DNA from: Eledone cirrhosa
Lineage: Eukaryota
Assembly: GCA_964016885.1 (NCBI GenBank)
Contig: OZ024742.1
Span: forward strand, 50,344,001-50,408,000
Direction: 5' to 3'
Length of the DNA stretch: 64,000 nucleotides
A program made the position numbers and the translations under genes. Shown here piece after piece: positions 47,950 to 62,579 of the stretch. The notes beneath the pieces are model-generated. The model did no database searches, was not told the origin of the DNA, and saw nothing but the letters and a program-made list of their open reading frames with translations. Position 1 is the first letter of the stretch. Each line of letters starts with the position of its first letter.

Positions 47950-50010
47950 AAATCCCAATAATAATAATACAAACAGAAAAATAAACATACCTCAAACAAA
48001 AATAGAAGACAAACTAATACATTTTTCAGTCTCGCTTTCAATTTAAACGTTTCCACCAACTTACCTAAGGCTTTCTTCTCAATCTTGGAAAAAAATTTCC
48101 CAATCGGCCATAAATACCATAATCTTATCAATAAAAATACAATTATTATCTCGTACTCTACCACACCTAACATCGCGAACCATATAGCTTGTAGTAATAA
48201 AAGGAAGATTAATAATTATTTCCAACTAATTAAATCGCAACAGGGGGTGAACTTACATAATAACATAGTGCCAGAGAATTCTAGTAGCAATAATAATAAT
48301 AGTAATAGCACTAATTAAATTAATAACAATGGGAATTATAATCACCATTACCCTAATGCTCTCCCTAACAACCATGCATCTACACACCCTATTAACCAGC
48401 AAGTAAACAACCAAAATAACTGTAATTGTAGAACAAATAGAAGGTGCCCCTTGAGAAAAAAATTGCTTAATCAAAGACATCATTTACTTATGCACAGTCA
48501 TTACAAACAACACTTCAAAAACATATATCGGTTCTACTTCGAACTGCTTCAAGACGAGATATTACTCGCATCTTCACACTTTCAAAAATCGTAATCTAGC
48601 CAACTCCACTTCTTTATCTACCTACATACACTCTCTGAAAACTAGCAATATACTATATACACTTCATTGGTAAGTAATAGAAAGGGCCATATCGTATAAA
48701 CCACCGGATAGATTATGTAACCTCTGTCTCACTATTATCTATTCTAAGCTAAACCTTTTACACAGAAAATCAGAAATTTTGTCCACAAGCCAACTCTACC
48801 ACCGACACTCTTTCCACAACTTCAAACCTAGCTGCTAGTATATAACAATGTCAGTCTGGATTCCTCATCACCGCTAACACTTTACCTCTAGGTTTTATCA
48901 GCATATAATACCCCCACAGCATCTATGATCAGCTTATTCCTCCACTTATCACCTGTTTATTTCAGATCGTATACTCTACAATAACTATTGGGAATAAACA
49001 TGAAGTTACCACCATTTAATATAATTACAATATCTTCCTTACTAATATTTCATTCATTTAATTAGTATATGGGTAGGTAGGGGTAAAATCAGACCATTAA
49101 ATATTATATAGAATAAAGATTGTATATAAAATTAAATATATACATTTAAAAATAAATAGCATTATATAAAAGGATTCACTTATAACATAATATATTGTAT
49201 ATTAACACATACAATTTAACTAATTGGAGTTGTAAATTCTCATACAAAATTAATCGGCAATACCTCCCCTTTCCCATTAGCTTCCCTTAGTGTGTATTTC
49301 TAATCACTTCCTGAAATTAAACCGTTAGACAGATCACGCCAGAACAACTCTAACCCTTGATAAGATTGTAATAGGACCAATATACAATCCATAGTTGTAG
49401 CTACTGATCAACATTTCCTAAAATATAACCAATGTAATGGAAAGGAACACCTTGATATTAATACTCACAACACATATACATTTGAACATTACCGGAACAA
49501 TTATCACATTGCATCCACCATAAACCATCATAGAAATTGCTTTTCATACCCAGGCATCTCTGTCTGCTTAATATGCTTTTATACCTGTGATATATATATG
49601 CTTAGTACCATTGCTTATTTTTTACCTTGTTATTCTGTATACGCTGAATACCTCTGCATTCTTTCTATACGTTTGATTATGTACCGCTAATGTCCTCATT
49701 TTGCGAGTAACTTTCTTCTTTAATTCTTCTATAATTGTTGTACTATTCTCTTATAACCTTTGTCGCATCCACTGATACTGACCACACCATTTTCACTCTT
49801 TAAATATGACACTGTTAGTGACGACAGTAAGATCTACGTATCTTTACAATTGTTCTGTGGAATAGGAGGTTAATTATGTGTCTAAACTTTGCTAGGGCCC
49901 CGATGATTCCAAACGTAAGTTTGGAAGAAACGATTGTCAGTAATAACATGTTTTGAACATAGTTTTCATTATTCTGTAATTCAATCTTTTAACGAACTTT
50001 CGTAGACAAA
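47950..50010 (+). mobile_element. Decayed PLE 3' half (linker, GIY-YIG, 3' UTR)
   Basis: NFPIGHKYHNLINKNTIIISYSTTPN; NCNCRTNRRCPL; YIGSTSNCFKTRYYSH; LCNLCL. Confidence 0.88.
49889..49943 (+). ncRNA. Hammerhead candidate, U4C core, atypical stem I junction
   Basis: ttgct-agggcc CCGATGA ttccaaac-gtaa-gtttggaa GAAA c-gatt-g TC agtaa; perfect 8-bp stem II. Confidence 0.6.
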
Positions 50011-50019
50011 AACACCCTC

Positions 50020-50130
50020 ATTTCTTACTTAGAAAAATGTACTCTATGGTGCAAATTTGGTGGAGTTTGGTCCAGCCGTTTGGCGAAACCTTTGTTACAT
50101 ACATACGGCCGTCAGCTTTATTATATATAT
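50020..50130 (-). mobile_element. Helitron-like non-autonomous 5' end (possible matching 3' end at 44890-44920)
   Basis: Minus: tatataataaagctgac..tatgtatgt..aacggctggaccaaactccaccaaatttg; actagctgacccg at 44890. Confidence 0.5.
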
Positions 50131-50189
50131 TAAATTAAATACTTAACAGAAAAAACTGCCGAATCATCTCAAACTATAAATATATATAC

Positions 50190-50732
50190 ATTTCAAGGCC
50201 GTATATCCCTTGTTTTTGCTGTGAGCTATAGAAGCTGTATTCTTATGGAATTCAAATTATGTGTATGAGCTGTATAAACTCATTAACATACAGAGCAGTT
50301 GCCGGCCCAGCAACAATTAGAATTGTGTGTTGGTGCGATGAAATAGCGATGTATATATGAAATTACGTATTGTATATTTAATAATGTACTGTATGTTCAT
50401 TTAAAATCATTTTGAAGGCCTTTCGCTATAAATTTAAGGTAATGATTAAAGTCATACACTTAGCTTCAGCAAAAACAAAGGGAAATAACTGACGATCGTT
50501 TCTCACTGTTTTGTTTTTATCAAAGCTATATATCCTTTGTTTTTCCTGTGACTTGCAAACGCTGGATTCTTATAGAATTCCAATTATATTTATGAGCTGT
50601 TTAAACTCATTAACATACTGAGCGGTTGTCTGCCCAGCTACAATTAGAAATTTGTGTTGGTGCTCTGAAATAGCAATGTATATATGAAATTACGTATTGT
50701 CTATTTAATAATATATTTTATGTTTATTTAAA
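50190..50732 (-). repeat. ~340-bp tandem unit (1.6 copies) related to the 36-kb unit, with a decayed hammerhead at ~50487-50528
   Basis: agct TTGATAA..GAAA cgatcg TC agtt on minus; shares ttcttatagaattcca, cagagc.g..gccggcccagca and ggtgctctgaaatagc motifs. Confidence 0.75.
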
Positions 50733-52486
50733 CTAGGCAAGAAGATATGAGATTTGAAGAAATATTTATTACATTATATTCTCTAACAGGTATATCACTG
50801 TTATTACATAATCACGTCCACGTGCTGCACCATAACTCTCCTCCCGTTATTCACTCGTTCACTCGCTCGCAATGTGTCTGATTCCAGTATACCCTCTGAA
50901 GGAAATAAACATTAGTAAAAAAATTTAAAAAAACGAAGATAATATAATCAGGCCAGCATCTAATTTAATAGTTGGAAATACATTTGTAAATATACACATA
51001 CCCGCCCACAAATACATCTATACAATCATATATACACCCGTATACATATATATATATGGACAAAGGCAAGGAGGATATATAGTGATGAATTATGCAATTG
51101 GCTGCTGGTATCTATAATGTTACAGGAAACAGGATTGTCATTGGTTACAAACATTTATTTACATTTCAAAGAAGACCATTTTAAGAAATGGTAGTGTTGG
51201 CTGCTACGAAATTATTGCTAGACAGGAAAACAAAATATAGACTAATTACATGATTGATGGGTTAAAATAAAAGAGATAAGAGAATAAAGCTGAAAGATGA
51301 AAGGGATATTCCAGATCACACGAGAATGAGACCAGTTTTGAAATATGATGGCTGGCGCCAGTTGCTGTTGTCGTGAAATCTGAGCGATCGAAGGAAAATG
51401 AATGAGGTGTGGCCGGGGATGTAGGTTACATGAGAATGGACACAGAGATACTAGATCAAATCATGAGTGAGCATGGAGATATCTGGATATATCTAGATAT
51501 CTTTCACGCTAACTTTGGATTTGATCTCTTATTTCTGCATCCATTCTTCTGTGACATACATCCTCAACCACATCAAAAGTTTTGTCTCTCACTCCCTCTC
51601 TCTTTCACCCTTTCTCTCTCAATCTCTCTCTTTCTCTTTCTTTCTCCCTCCCACCCCTCTCTCTCTTTATATATACATATGCATACCACAATGTTCAATT
51701 TGTCAAGTTATTTAAACGTATGTTATTACTCTAAGGACCTACCCTGATTGAGTGCTTTGCTAACTCATTCATATTGTAGGTTGACTTTGCTTGCCCACAG
51801 CCAAAGCTTCGATTTTACTAAGCTTCCACTTGTATATATATATATATGCGTGTGTGTGTATGTTTGTGTATATAATGTATATTCATTTATCTTTTATTCA
51901 TATTGATTGCTTTGGCTTTAAATACATTAAAGACAATTTGACTTTTTTTTATCTCCCGGTAAAAAAATGAAAACGAGATTATATTTTGAAAACTTCTGGG
52001 GAAGTTTGTTCGAACGTTTAAATTAAATGTTACAATACGTTATTTTGTAGCTTATAGTTAAGTTTGGCTATATTATAACTCGTTGCGCGTATATTGTCAT
52101 TAAATCCCCTAATGGGACCTGGTGTATTACAATTTTCCATTTTAAATAGGAACAAAACCAAAATTTCAGAATTAGTTATTATACGGCTAAACTGAATTTT
52201 GTACTTTAAGAGTAGTTTCTTTATCATAATTGGATATATTTGAAGCGAATTTGACTGCGAGGGGATTGAAGCTAGAACGTAAAGAGGACTAACAGTAATC
52301 CAGTCAAAACACAATATTTTAAGTATCCTTACTTACATTTAAACCAATGTGTGCCAAGGGATCTAGTAATATCTACCTAATTTTATCCTTGCCTGTCCAT
52401 CTGTTAGTGTGTCCATCGGTCTATTTATTTCATTATCACAAGTGATAATGAAATGCGACTTGTTTAAGTTCGTGGGTTCACAATTG

Positions 52487-52582
<96 letters not shown>

Positions 52583-55500
52583 TGTGTGTGCGTGTGTGTG
52601 CGTGTGTGTGTGTGTGTGCGTGTGTACGTATGTGTGTGTGTATGTGTGTGTATGTGAATGTGTGTGTGTGTGAATGTATGAATGTATGAATGTGCGTATG
52701 TTCATGTGAGTGTATGCATGTATGTATCTATGTCTATGTATATATATATATATAACTATATATATATATATATATAGGAGAGAGACCAAGTGAAGAAAAG
52801 CTTACATATACTTTCCCCATACATTTCGTGTGTGAATAAAATCAATTTAAACATTAGTTGTCTGGAGAGATACAATTACTAAAATCAGATTACTAATTCT
52901 TTGATACTTGTCTGCCATTGGGAACAAACATATCTTCTTCCATATTCGTATATTGATGTCACTATTCTAGTTATATATTTTCATATAGTATATAGTTACA
53001 TATAAACATTGTATTTCTGTTTTTGTTGTCATTTAATTTCAGTTCAGCCCTGTCTGTGCTGATATTTGAGATGTTCAGGCCATGCTTCTTTTCGTTTTCC
53101 CCTTTTTTAAAATATATAATGTTTAGTATTCCATTAACGAATATATCTTTTTAAGACAACAGTGTTTGATTTAAGAAAGAATTCAATGCTCGAACATCTA
53201 CGTAGTGTATATTCTCTTACCTAGGGTATATCTTATCTCAGCTGCTTCGGTTTATTTATATACACCCATTTTTATAGTTATAAGTATGACAGCTGTTTGG
53301 CTATACTAGAACGGATAATACACACATGAAATTTTCAGTAACCAGAATTGTTTTGTGACCTTGCATATTAAATATTTTCGTCTCTACTTTTGCCTTGTCG
53401 TATTTAATTGCGTAGATTTAAATTCTAACTCCACTGATGTCGATAATATTTTTAACATATCCTGTGTTAACAAAATGAGTACCAGTGAAATACTAGGATC
53501 TATCTAATGAAATATATCCGACATCCACGTTTGAAAACTTGCATCTATGTTAGAAATGAATACATCGATTTGTATTTCTTTGCGGTTTCGGGACGCGTAG
53601 ATTTACGCTGTGATTTAGAATTCAGCAAGATAACTGCAATAAGTCGATCTTAATATAATAATGTGGATCTTGTTATGTTGCGTGTTAACTGAAATTTGAT
53701 TAAATGCACGCCAGTTGGAAACGTATATTTGTTTTCTATTTGTACAGAACCAGGTCAAAATATTCCAGGGCATGCTTTACTCAGATTTTAGTGTGTGATT
53801 TGAAGGAGATTTTGCATGTATACCAAGCAGTTTGTATAGTAATGTATAATTCTGTAGCAAAGTGTAATTTCGGGGATGTGTACTATTTGTAGAATTTGAT
53901 TAGTCTGTATGGTTTTCCGGGGCTTTCTCCATAATTATTTCACGTTGTCAAAGGCAAGTGAGCATTAGTAGCCAACACAATGGAAAACAACCAAACGTGT
54001 TCATTAATTATTAACTAGTATTCATAAGTATTCTGGTGGCAAATAATCTATTTATTATTTAGAAAATGTCGTACTAAATGCATCCTCCCCATTGTATGAC
54101 GGAAGATTCAAAGAATTGCTAACTCTGGAAGATCAAGCTTCAGCGCAGAAGCTCCCTTGTTGATTATTTTATAAAACTGGTCAGAGTGCTGGCCAATACA
54201 ACAATAAATAAGATATTAGCATATCTACTAGGTAACAAAGAGCTTACATCAGCTATAGGTTTACAAAGAGCTTACATCAGCTATAGGTTTTACTTATATA
54301 TTTTGCTTCAATACATTTATTGATTTCATGGTATTAAGTACAAGAATATCTGAATTTATTATATGATATAGATTGGTATTCTATTTAGAAGGAAATATAC
54401 TTATATTCGTATAAAATACATTAAACTTGAACTTTGCACATACAATATTTATACTCTGTGTAATATTGATTTCTAATTTAGACACAAACACAACAAAATT
54501 GGGATAAAAGCACAGTGGTTTAATCAACTCAACTATTTCACGGGTATTATCTGTTTAACGACCCGGGAAAGGCAACTTTCACCTTGGTGTGTGTTGCTCA
54601 GAATAAATGTACCAGAGTGACCCTACTAATATCAACCTGTAAAAATTCCAATCTTACTATGATTTCATATTGGCTAATACAAAACTGCTTTGAGTTACTG
54701 GTATAATGTTTCATCTTGTTGTTTCGAATCACAGTGGCTCCGTTTGAGCATATATATGATCAAAGATTTCCAAGCTTTCAATTCCCATTATATTGTCTAA
54801 GGCATTATTATACCATGTGCTCCATGATTTTGTATGAAATACAAACTGCCTGAGAGTGTAGGATGAATGATTGGTATGAATAATTGGTGTAATATGAAAT
54901 AAGTGACTGTAATGCAATGCATATAAATTCCTGATTTGATATTAGTTACAGGTTGATAAATATATCTAATTTATATATCTGAAACGTTGCATTGTCAACG
55001 CAAAGCGTACATACTCTAATAATGTATTTCATACGACTCAGTTGAATCATATACAAACCCTCACATTGATTTAGAGAATAGTGATAAAGGTAATCTATAA
55101 TATTATATATATATATAAAATAAATACAATTTGTTTTCTTACTTATTTCTTTCTGCAAGCAAGTTATTTGCTATTAACACATTGTTTAGCCTAGCGTGTA
55201 TTGTTGACAATAATTATAAATATAGCAGCACCTTAAAATCAAATCTTTATTTATGATATCCTCATATGGTTATTGCTATTATTGACAGAATTTGTATGTG
55301 GACAAAGTACTTTCCCAATAATAAAATATACATTCCCCTACACTAACCATTAGTCTATCAATACATATAAATGATATATCATTATACATTTTATATATAT
55401 ATATATGTTTTTTTTACAAAATGAAACATAATCGAGGTGTCCTACACGAGTGAAAGTATAAGGAAAAAAAAAAAGATGAAATGGAAAATGAAACTGGAGT

Positions 55501-55745
55501 CTTATTTAAAAAAAATCATATATATATTTATTTGGTTCCTTTACCGGTTTTGCAGTTCTTCTGCTTTTCAAAAGTAGAGTTGGGATGGAGGGTCTGCGGT
55601 TTTTCTCACATCTGAGAAAAACCACAGACCCTCCATCTCAACTCTATTTTTTGAAAAGCAGAAGAACTGCGAAACCGGTAAAGGAACCAAATAAATATAT
55701 ATATATTTTTTTAAAATAAGACTTCAGTTGCATTTTCGATTTCAA

Positions 55746-55859
<114 letters not shown>

Positions 55860-57139
55860 GTGTAGGAGGTGAGTTTTATTGTAGTACAATAAAGCAATGC
55901 AGATATCGGATAAGAAGCACTCTACAGTTTGTGGGACTGGAGTATGCATAATATAAGATCAAAAGATGGTTAAAGGAGTTCCATATATTTTATTATGCGC
56001 ATTTCAAAAACAAACATCATCAAGCAATAATATTTGTGTTTTCATCAGATAAAACAGGAGAACATGATATGAAGGCTAAAAAACACTTGTTGATAGTGCA
56101 GTTTTAAATCAACATATGAAAAGTGGTTTTAGATTGATGTGTGATATTGGGAAAAATATTTTATTTAGAGAGGGGGAGGGGGGGGAAAGGATGAAAAGGG
56201 AAGGAGATGAGAGGGAGAGATGGGTGATAGAGAGAAAGAGATAGTTTTTATAACTGAGAGGAGATATATTTTTTACATAGAGGGGTTGAAAACCGTTGGA
56301 AGATACTGTATAAATTAAAAATTTTGAAAATTAACGAAGGGAGGATATGTGCGAGGAAAAAATATTTTATTTAGGGAGGGGGGGGGGATGAAAAAAAGGG
56401 GGGAGGAGATGAGAGTAAAGGTGGAGAGGGTGAGATGGGTGATAGAGAGAAAGAGATAGTTTTTATAACTGAGAAAAAGATATATTGTTTTAATATAGCG
56501 AGGTTGGGAACCGTTGGAAGATAATGTATAAATTAAAGGAATTTGAAAATTAACGAAGGGAAATTATGTATGAAGATAGAGAGAAAAAAATAATAATTGT
56601 GGGTGAATATTCTAACGTCAAAAGAAGAAATGTATGTATTGTGGCAATTTCAAAATTAGCGAAGAGAAAAGTTGTTATGGTTTGTGTGTAGAAGGATTTG
56701 AGAAAAATAATGTGAAGTTAAAGTTTGTATATTGAATTGATATGTATTAATAATGAGTTCGTTGATGGGGAGAAAAAAATAATAATAATAAATTAAGGAT
56801 GAAATTGAGATTAAAAAGATTTATGATAGAGAGAAAAAATAATAATGATTGCGGATGAATATTCAAAATGTCAAAAACAAATATTATTTTACGAGAAGAT
56901 AGAATGAGGGTAATGAGTAAACGAGTATTATAGAGTGTATAATGCCCTTTAAAGTAAGGTAAGGTAGATGGGTATATTTTAAAGAGGTGTATGTATATGT
57001 GCCTTTGAGAAAAGATTCTAAATTGATAAAGAATTGAATATTAACTGTATACTTTGTGAAAAGTTCTATGGAATTTATGCAGGCAGATAGAAAACAAATC
57101 TGAGCGTCTGTTTATTATAGAATCTAGGTTAGAGATAAT

Positions 57140-58318
57140 CTTGACACTGGCCTATATTACCCTTACCTTAAAAACAATGAGAATCTTAATTATGTTAACT
57201 TTAAATCTAACCATCCTACCAATATCAAGAATGCTATAGTTAATAATATTGGAAATAGAATATCTAACATATCTTCTAATAAAAACATCTTTGATGCTAA
57301 CGCCAATTACTATAATAACGCACTTTCTAAAGCCGGCTATCCAGATAAAATCAAATATAATAAAGAAACAAATTCTAGGAAAACTTACAGTAGAATAATT
57401 AATCATGACCATTCCAATAATTTTAATAAAAGACCTAGATACAAAAACATAATCTGGTATAATGCTCCTTTCTCCATCTCTATTAATAACAATATTCCTA
57501 AATTATTTTTTAGTGCCTTAAATAAATGCTTCCCTCCCTCACATATCTATAGTAAAATATTTAACAAACACACCATCAAATTTTCGTATTCTACATCCTC
57601 CAATATTTCCAACATCATCTCTAAACACAACAACAAAATATTAAATACTAAATCTCTTCCTTCAAATATCGAACTTCATAATAACAGTAATAGTACTCCC
57701 GACGTCATTGTAAACCCTAGGCTAACTTCTGTAAACCCAAATACAACGTCAAACACAACTTCGCTAAATGTTCATAATCCAACTCTAAATCAAGAAACTA
57801 TTATTCCTATTATTCCTATCGCAAACAACTTCTCCAATCCAATTCCTTCTATAGATAACACTAGATCACTCATTAATAATCTCTCTAATTGCAACTGCCG
57901 CATCAAAAATAAATGTCCTCTCAACAACCATTGCCTCGATAAAAACTTAATTTATGAATGTAAAATTATAACTAGCACCAATTCCTTCACCTATTTTGGC
58001 TCCACTTCCACCTCTTTTAAAGCTCGTCTCTATAATCATCATTCATCTTTCAAATACAAACTTAAAAGAACTAACACTGCTCTCTCAGAACTCATATGGT
58101 CCTTAAAAGACAAAAACATTAAATATAACATCTTTTGGAAAAAGATTTCTTCTGCATCCTCATACTTGAACAGCTCTCTATCTAAAATCTGTAATCTCTG
58201 CCTAAATGAAAAATTTACCATTATCTCTAACCTAGATTCTATAATAAACAGACGCTCAGATTTGTTTTCTATCTGCCTGCATAAATTCCATAGAACTTTT
58301 CACAAAGTATACAGTTAA
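57140..58318 (+). CDS. Uninterrupted PLE RT-thumb/linker/GIY-YIG frame (5'-truncated, no start codon)
   Basis: Hand translation, ~392 codons without a stop: LDTGLYYPYLK..SNHP..NIIWYNAPFS..CNCRIKNKCPLNNHCL..YFGSTSTSFKARLYNHHSSF..CNLCLNEK..ICLHK. Confidence 0.88.
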   Translation, partial: LDTGLYYPYLKNNENLNYVNFKSNHPTNIKNAIVNNIGNRISNISSNKNIFDANANYYNNALSKAGYPDKIKYNKETNSRKTYSRIINHDHSNNFNKRPRYKNIIWYNAPFSISINNNIPKLFFSALNKCFPPSHIYSKIFNKHTIKFSYSTSSNISNIISKHNNKILNTKSLPSNIELHNNSNSTPDVIVNPRLTSVNPNTTSNTTSLNVHNPTLNQETIIPIIPIANNFSNPIPSIDNTRSLINNLSNCNCRIKNKCPLNNHCLDKNLIYECKIITSTNSFTYFGSTSTSFKARLYNHHSSFKYKLKRTNTALSELIWSLKDKNIKYNIFWKKISSASSYLNSSLSKICNLCLNEKFTIISNLDSIINRRSDLFSICLHKFHRTFHKVYS

Positions 58319-59310
58319 TATTCAATTCTTTATCAATTTAGAATCTTTTCTCAAAGGCACATATACATACACCTCTTTAAAATATACCCATCTACCTTAC
58401 CTTACTTTAAAGGGCATTATACACTCTATAATACTCATTTACTCATTACCCTCATTCTATCTTCTCGTAAAATAATATTTGTTTTTGACATTTTGAATAT
58501 TCATCCGCAATCATTATTATTTTTTCTCTCTATCATAAATCTTTTTAATCTCAATTTCATCCTTAATTTATTATTATTATTTTTTTCTCCCCATCAACGA
58601 ACTCATTATTAATACATATCAATTCAATATACAAACTTTAACTTCACATTATTTTTCTCAAATCCTTCTACACACAAACCATAACAACTTTTCTCTTCGC
58701 TAATTTTGAAATTGCCACAATACATACATTTCTTCTTTTGACGTTAGAATATTCACCCACAATTATTATTTTTTTCTCTCTATCTTCATACATAATTTCC
58801 CTTCGTTAATTTTCAAATTCCTTTAATTTATACATTATCTTCCAACGGTTCCCAACCTCTCTATATTAAAACAATATATCTTTTTCTCAGTTATAAAAAC
58901 TATCTCTTTCTCTCTATCACCCATCTCTCCCTCTCCACCTTCACTCTCATCTCCTCCCTCCTTTTTTTCATCCTTTCCACCACCACCCCCTCCCTAAATA
59001 AAATATTTTTTCCTCGCACATATCCTTCCTTCGTTAATTTTCAAAATTTTTAATTTATACAGTATCTTCCAACGGTTTTCAACCCCTCTATGTAAAAAAT
59101 ATATCTCCTCTCAGTTATAAAAACTATCTCTTTCTCTCTATCACCCATCTCTCCCTCTCATCTCCTTCCCTTTTCATCCTTTCCCCCCCTCCCCTCTCTA
59201 AATAAAATATTTTTCCCAATATCGCACATCAATCTAAAACCACTTTTCATATGTTGATTTAAAACTGCACTATCAACAAGTGTTTTTTAGCCTTCATATC
59301 ATGTTCTCCT

Positions 59311-59379
59311 GTTTTATCTGATGAAAACACAAATATTATTGCTTGATGATGTTTGTTTTTGAAATGCGCATAATAAAAT
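59311..59379 (+). ncRNA. Type I hammerhead ribozyme in pLTR (mirror 55987-56055 -)
   Basis: gttttat CTGATGA aaacacaaata..tgtttgttttt GAAA tgcgca TA ataaaat. Confidence 0.85.
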
Positions 59380-59410
59380 ATATGGAGCTCCTTTAACCAT
59401 CTTTTGATCT

Positions 59411-59495
<85 letters not shown>

Positions 59496-60779
59496 TTCAA
59501 TTTATTATACATTTCCTGTTTGTTTGTTTGATGTTTGGTTCGTTGGTTCGTTTGATAACCATATCATTGTTTATATATTATCAAAGCTCTTACATTACGG
59601 ACTCTGTGACCTCCTCAGTTATTGGCTTTTTATTTTGTGTTTCTCATTAAGATGTTATAGGACATAAAAAAGGAGAGATACAAAATAAAAACCCATTCAC
59701 TGAGGAGGTCACTAAATGTGTGATGTAAGAGCTTTGACAATATATAAACAACCATTCGGTTATCGAACCAAACGACCAATCGGAAATTTATAATAAGTTG
59801 AAATGAAAATTCCGGAACGGCTTGTGTTTTTATTGGCAGCAGGACCCTCTCAATATATATATATATATATAGGATAGAGAGAGAGGGGGAGAGAGGGAAA
59901 GAGAGCAAGAGAGAGAGAGTTAGATAAATCGATAAAGATATTCTTCGAGAGAAACTGCATAGTTTGACGGCTGTAGCTTGGAAAAGTTCGTCTCACTATA
60001 TTCATATTTAGTGCGAGTGACCGGTTGATAGATATGGATGATGTCGGAGGTAGGGATTATGGAGGGTGAATTAATTCTAATATACACATTTAGTTCATTA
60101 TTGGCATTGTTGTTATGAAGGCATTATTTCCGAGTTTGGAATTCGTTAAACTTATTCACTTGACATCTTGTTGGCTTTTTTGGTTGGCTTTTTTTGGGGG
60201 TGTTTTATTTACGGATCGGGCATTCAATAATTACATTGTGTTTGTTCTATGCATATCCACGTTCAGATTTTTTTATTTGACGGTTTTGCTCATTTGCATT
60301 TATATATATATACATATACAGTGGCGGAGTGGGTCTAAAAATATCGGTTGCCAGGAGATGAAGGGGGCCCACCAACATACAGAATGCTATCATTTAATTT
60401 TTATAATGAATAAATAACATTTTCGAAAAATACATAAGTGTACACCAAAAAGTGCAATCAAATTTTTGCGGAAAAATAACTTACCTTCTCCAATAAAAAA
60501 CATTATGTATTTTACGAAATCCAGATACTTTCAATAATGACCAGAAGTCGACCCTAAATATTACTAATAGCACTAGGAAAGACATGAACTACACCACATA
60601 TTTTAAACTTTGATTTTGAAAGTAGGTTTATAATTATTAATTTTCTTTGTACTTTAGTAGCTGTCTCGGTGACCTAGTTGGAGGAATGATAGGCGGTGGT
60701 GATCCTTGTCTGAAATTCGAACCTGGTCGGGAGTAAGGTTCCCAGTTTTTAGTTTTTTTCTATTGGTTGTAAAATAAAA

Positions 60780-61145
60780 ATTAAAAATGAATCAGACAAC
60801 CAGAAATGGTATTACATCGGAGCTACTGGGAATACATTTAAAGCCCGTTGGTATACACAACGTTACGCAATTAAACATTCCCAGCATCGTTATGTAACTA
60901 CCCTTGCAAATAAGACCTGGCAACTGGGTGAAAGAAACCATCAATACACCCTGAAGTGAAACAAATTATCGAACGTGCCCCCATATCGGAGTGGTATGAG
61001 AAGCTGTCGATTATGTGACCTTGAACTGTTCCACATTTTGAGTTCGAAAAATAAGTTACTCAACAGTAAAATCGAAAGATCAATTTATTGTAACCATAGA
61101 CTCAAAGAAACGTTTTCGCATTACAAGTGCAAATCGAACCCTTAA
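60780..61145 (+). pseudogene. PLE GIY-YIG endonuclease fragment
   Basis: KWYYIGATGNTFKARWY..TTLANKTW..LK*..CRLCDLE..LLNSKIERSIYCNH; similar to 13157-13560. Confidence 0.85.
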
Positions 61146-62579
61146 CCTGTTAGTACCAACTGACAAACTGCACATACTTAGACTTTATACCCTCTTAATG
61201 TATCTAAGCCCTTTTAATTACCCACAAAAGCCAATACATATATCCCTCCCTTCTCCTTCATTCCTGTTCTATTTCTTCGTTTTCTTCCTTCCTTCCCTCC
61301 CCTTTTTGGCTATCTTTTCTTTTCTTCATTCTCTCCTCTTCTTTGCTTTTATTTTTGTCATTATTATCTTTATATTTTATATTTTATATATATATTTATC
61401 TCTTTATATCTCCCTTTCTCTCTCTCCCCCTCTCTCTCTCTCCATCACTCCCACTATGATCAATTTAATTCTCTTTAACTCACTACATTCGACGACATGA
61501 AGTCTACATATCAAAACTGATCAAGGAATCCTTCCACATCTACCCCTCCCTCCATTTCAGTTTGTCACTCTGCTTCCTAACTCTTCTCCCCCTTCCTCTC
61601 TCTCTATACTATTCCGTTTGTCCCCTCACCTTCTAATTCCTCTTTCTCTCTCTCTATACTAGTAAATACAATTCCAAAACAATGTTTTTCTCTATATATT
61701 AAGAACTATTTCAAGAATAACATACTCACTATTTTGAAAATTTGGACGTGAACAACAATTATAATTGAGTGTCTGCTATTTGCAGTATAGCAATATGAAG
61801 TGCACTTACCAATGAAACGGTCCTAAATACCTGGATAAAATCCTTCTCTTAATGCTTACCTGTGTTTTCTCTTTTATACTTTATACTCCAAGATTGAACG
61901 GAATTCTTACAAACTTGTGGAGTTACCACTAACCTACGTTGAAACCGTCCACGAAACTGGCTTTCTTAACCATGAACTGGATCACAATAAGCAATTTTCT
62001 GATTCCCTAACTATATATATATATATATAGTTTTAATATAGATGAGATTCTACAGGACTAGAACTGTTTCATTCATTAGAAATCATCAGGAATCTGGGTA
62101 TCAAAAAATAAATATGGTATTTATAGGTCTCTACAAGTGGTAGGAGAGGGTGGGGAGTGGGATGGGTGCAGGTCATTGGTTGATAGAAAAGGGAATTCAT
62201 TAAAAGCTAATTCTACAAAGCTATAGTTTATTTTTATTTATTTATGTTTTTAGAGTAACAAGGGCAGACAGAATTCTATAAACAGGTTCCGGATGGCATA
62301 CCATTCCTTGTCAATAAGTTTCTCTTAAGCTACCAGATGTCTATAAAATCAGTGGGGGGTCAGTCATGGTCGATAGAATTAGAGAAAAGGGAGATCTTTA
62401 AAAGCTAATATCATTAAGGTTCTACTAAGTGACAGAGGTCTAGAGAAATCTGCAGACAGATTCAAAATACTGAGTGCATATCTTACTATTATCTTCGAAC
62501 TTCTCTTAAACTAATCAACTATATGCCAAAAATCAACAGACACATTCACAAAAAAACAAAAAAACAAAAAAACAAAACA

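Noticed and set aside
52800-55400. Host exons after pyrimidine-tract AG sites (~53747 +, ~54850 -)
   Set aside because: Frames close quickly and show no recognisable homology
60318-60372. hAT-like terminal sequence cagtggcgg...ggggccc
   Set aside because: No partner TIR or TSD found
60957-60959. In-frame TGA in PLE frames as selenocysteine (also 32672-32674)
   Set aside because: They replace Trp and Arg codons (AGA in the duplicate copy), not Cys; domain order is not Naiad-type
61800-61955. Long-stem-II hammerhead downstream of the 60.8-kb PLE fragment
   Set aside because: Core G5 is absent (CCAATGA) and stem I is unconvincing
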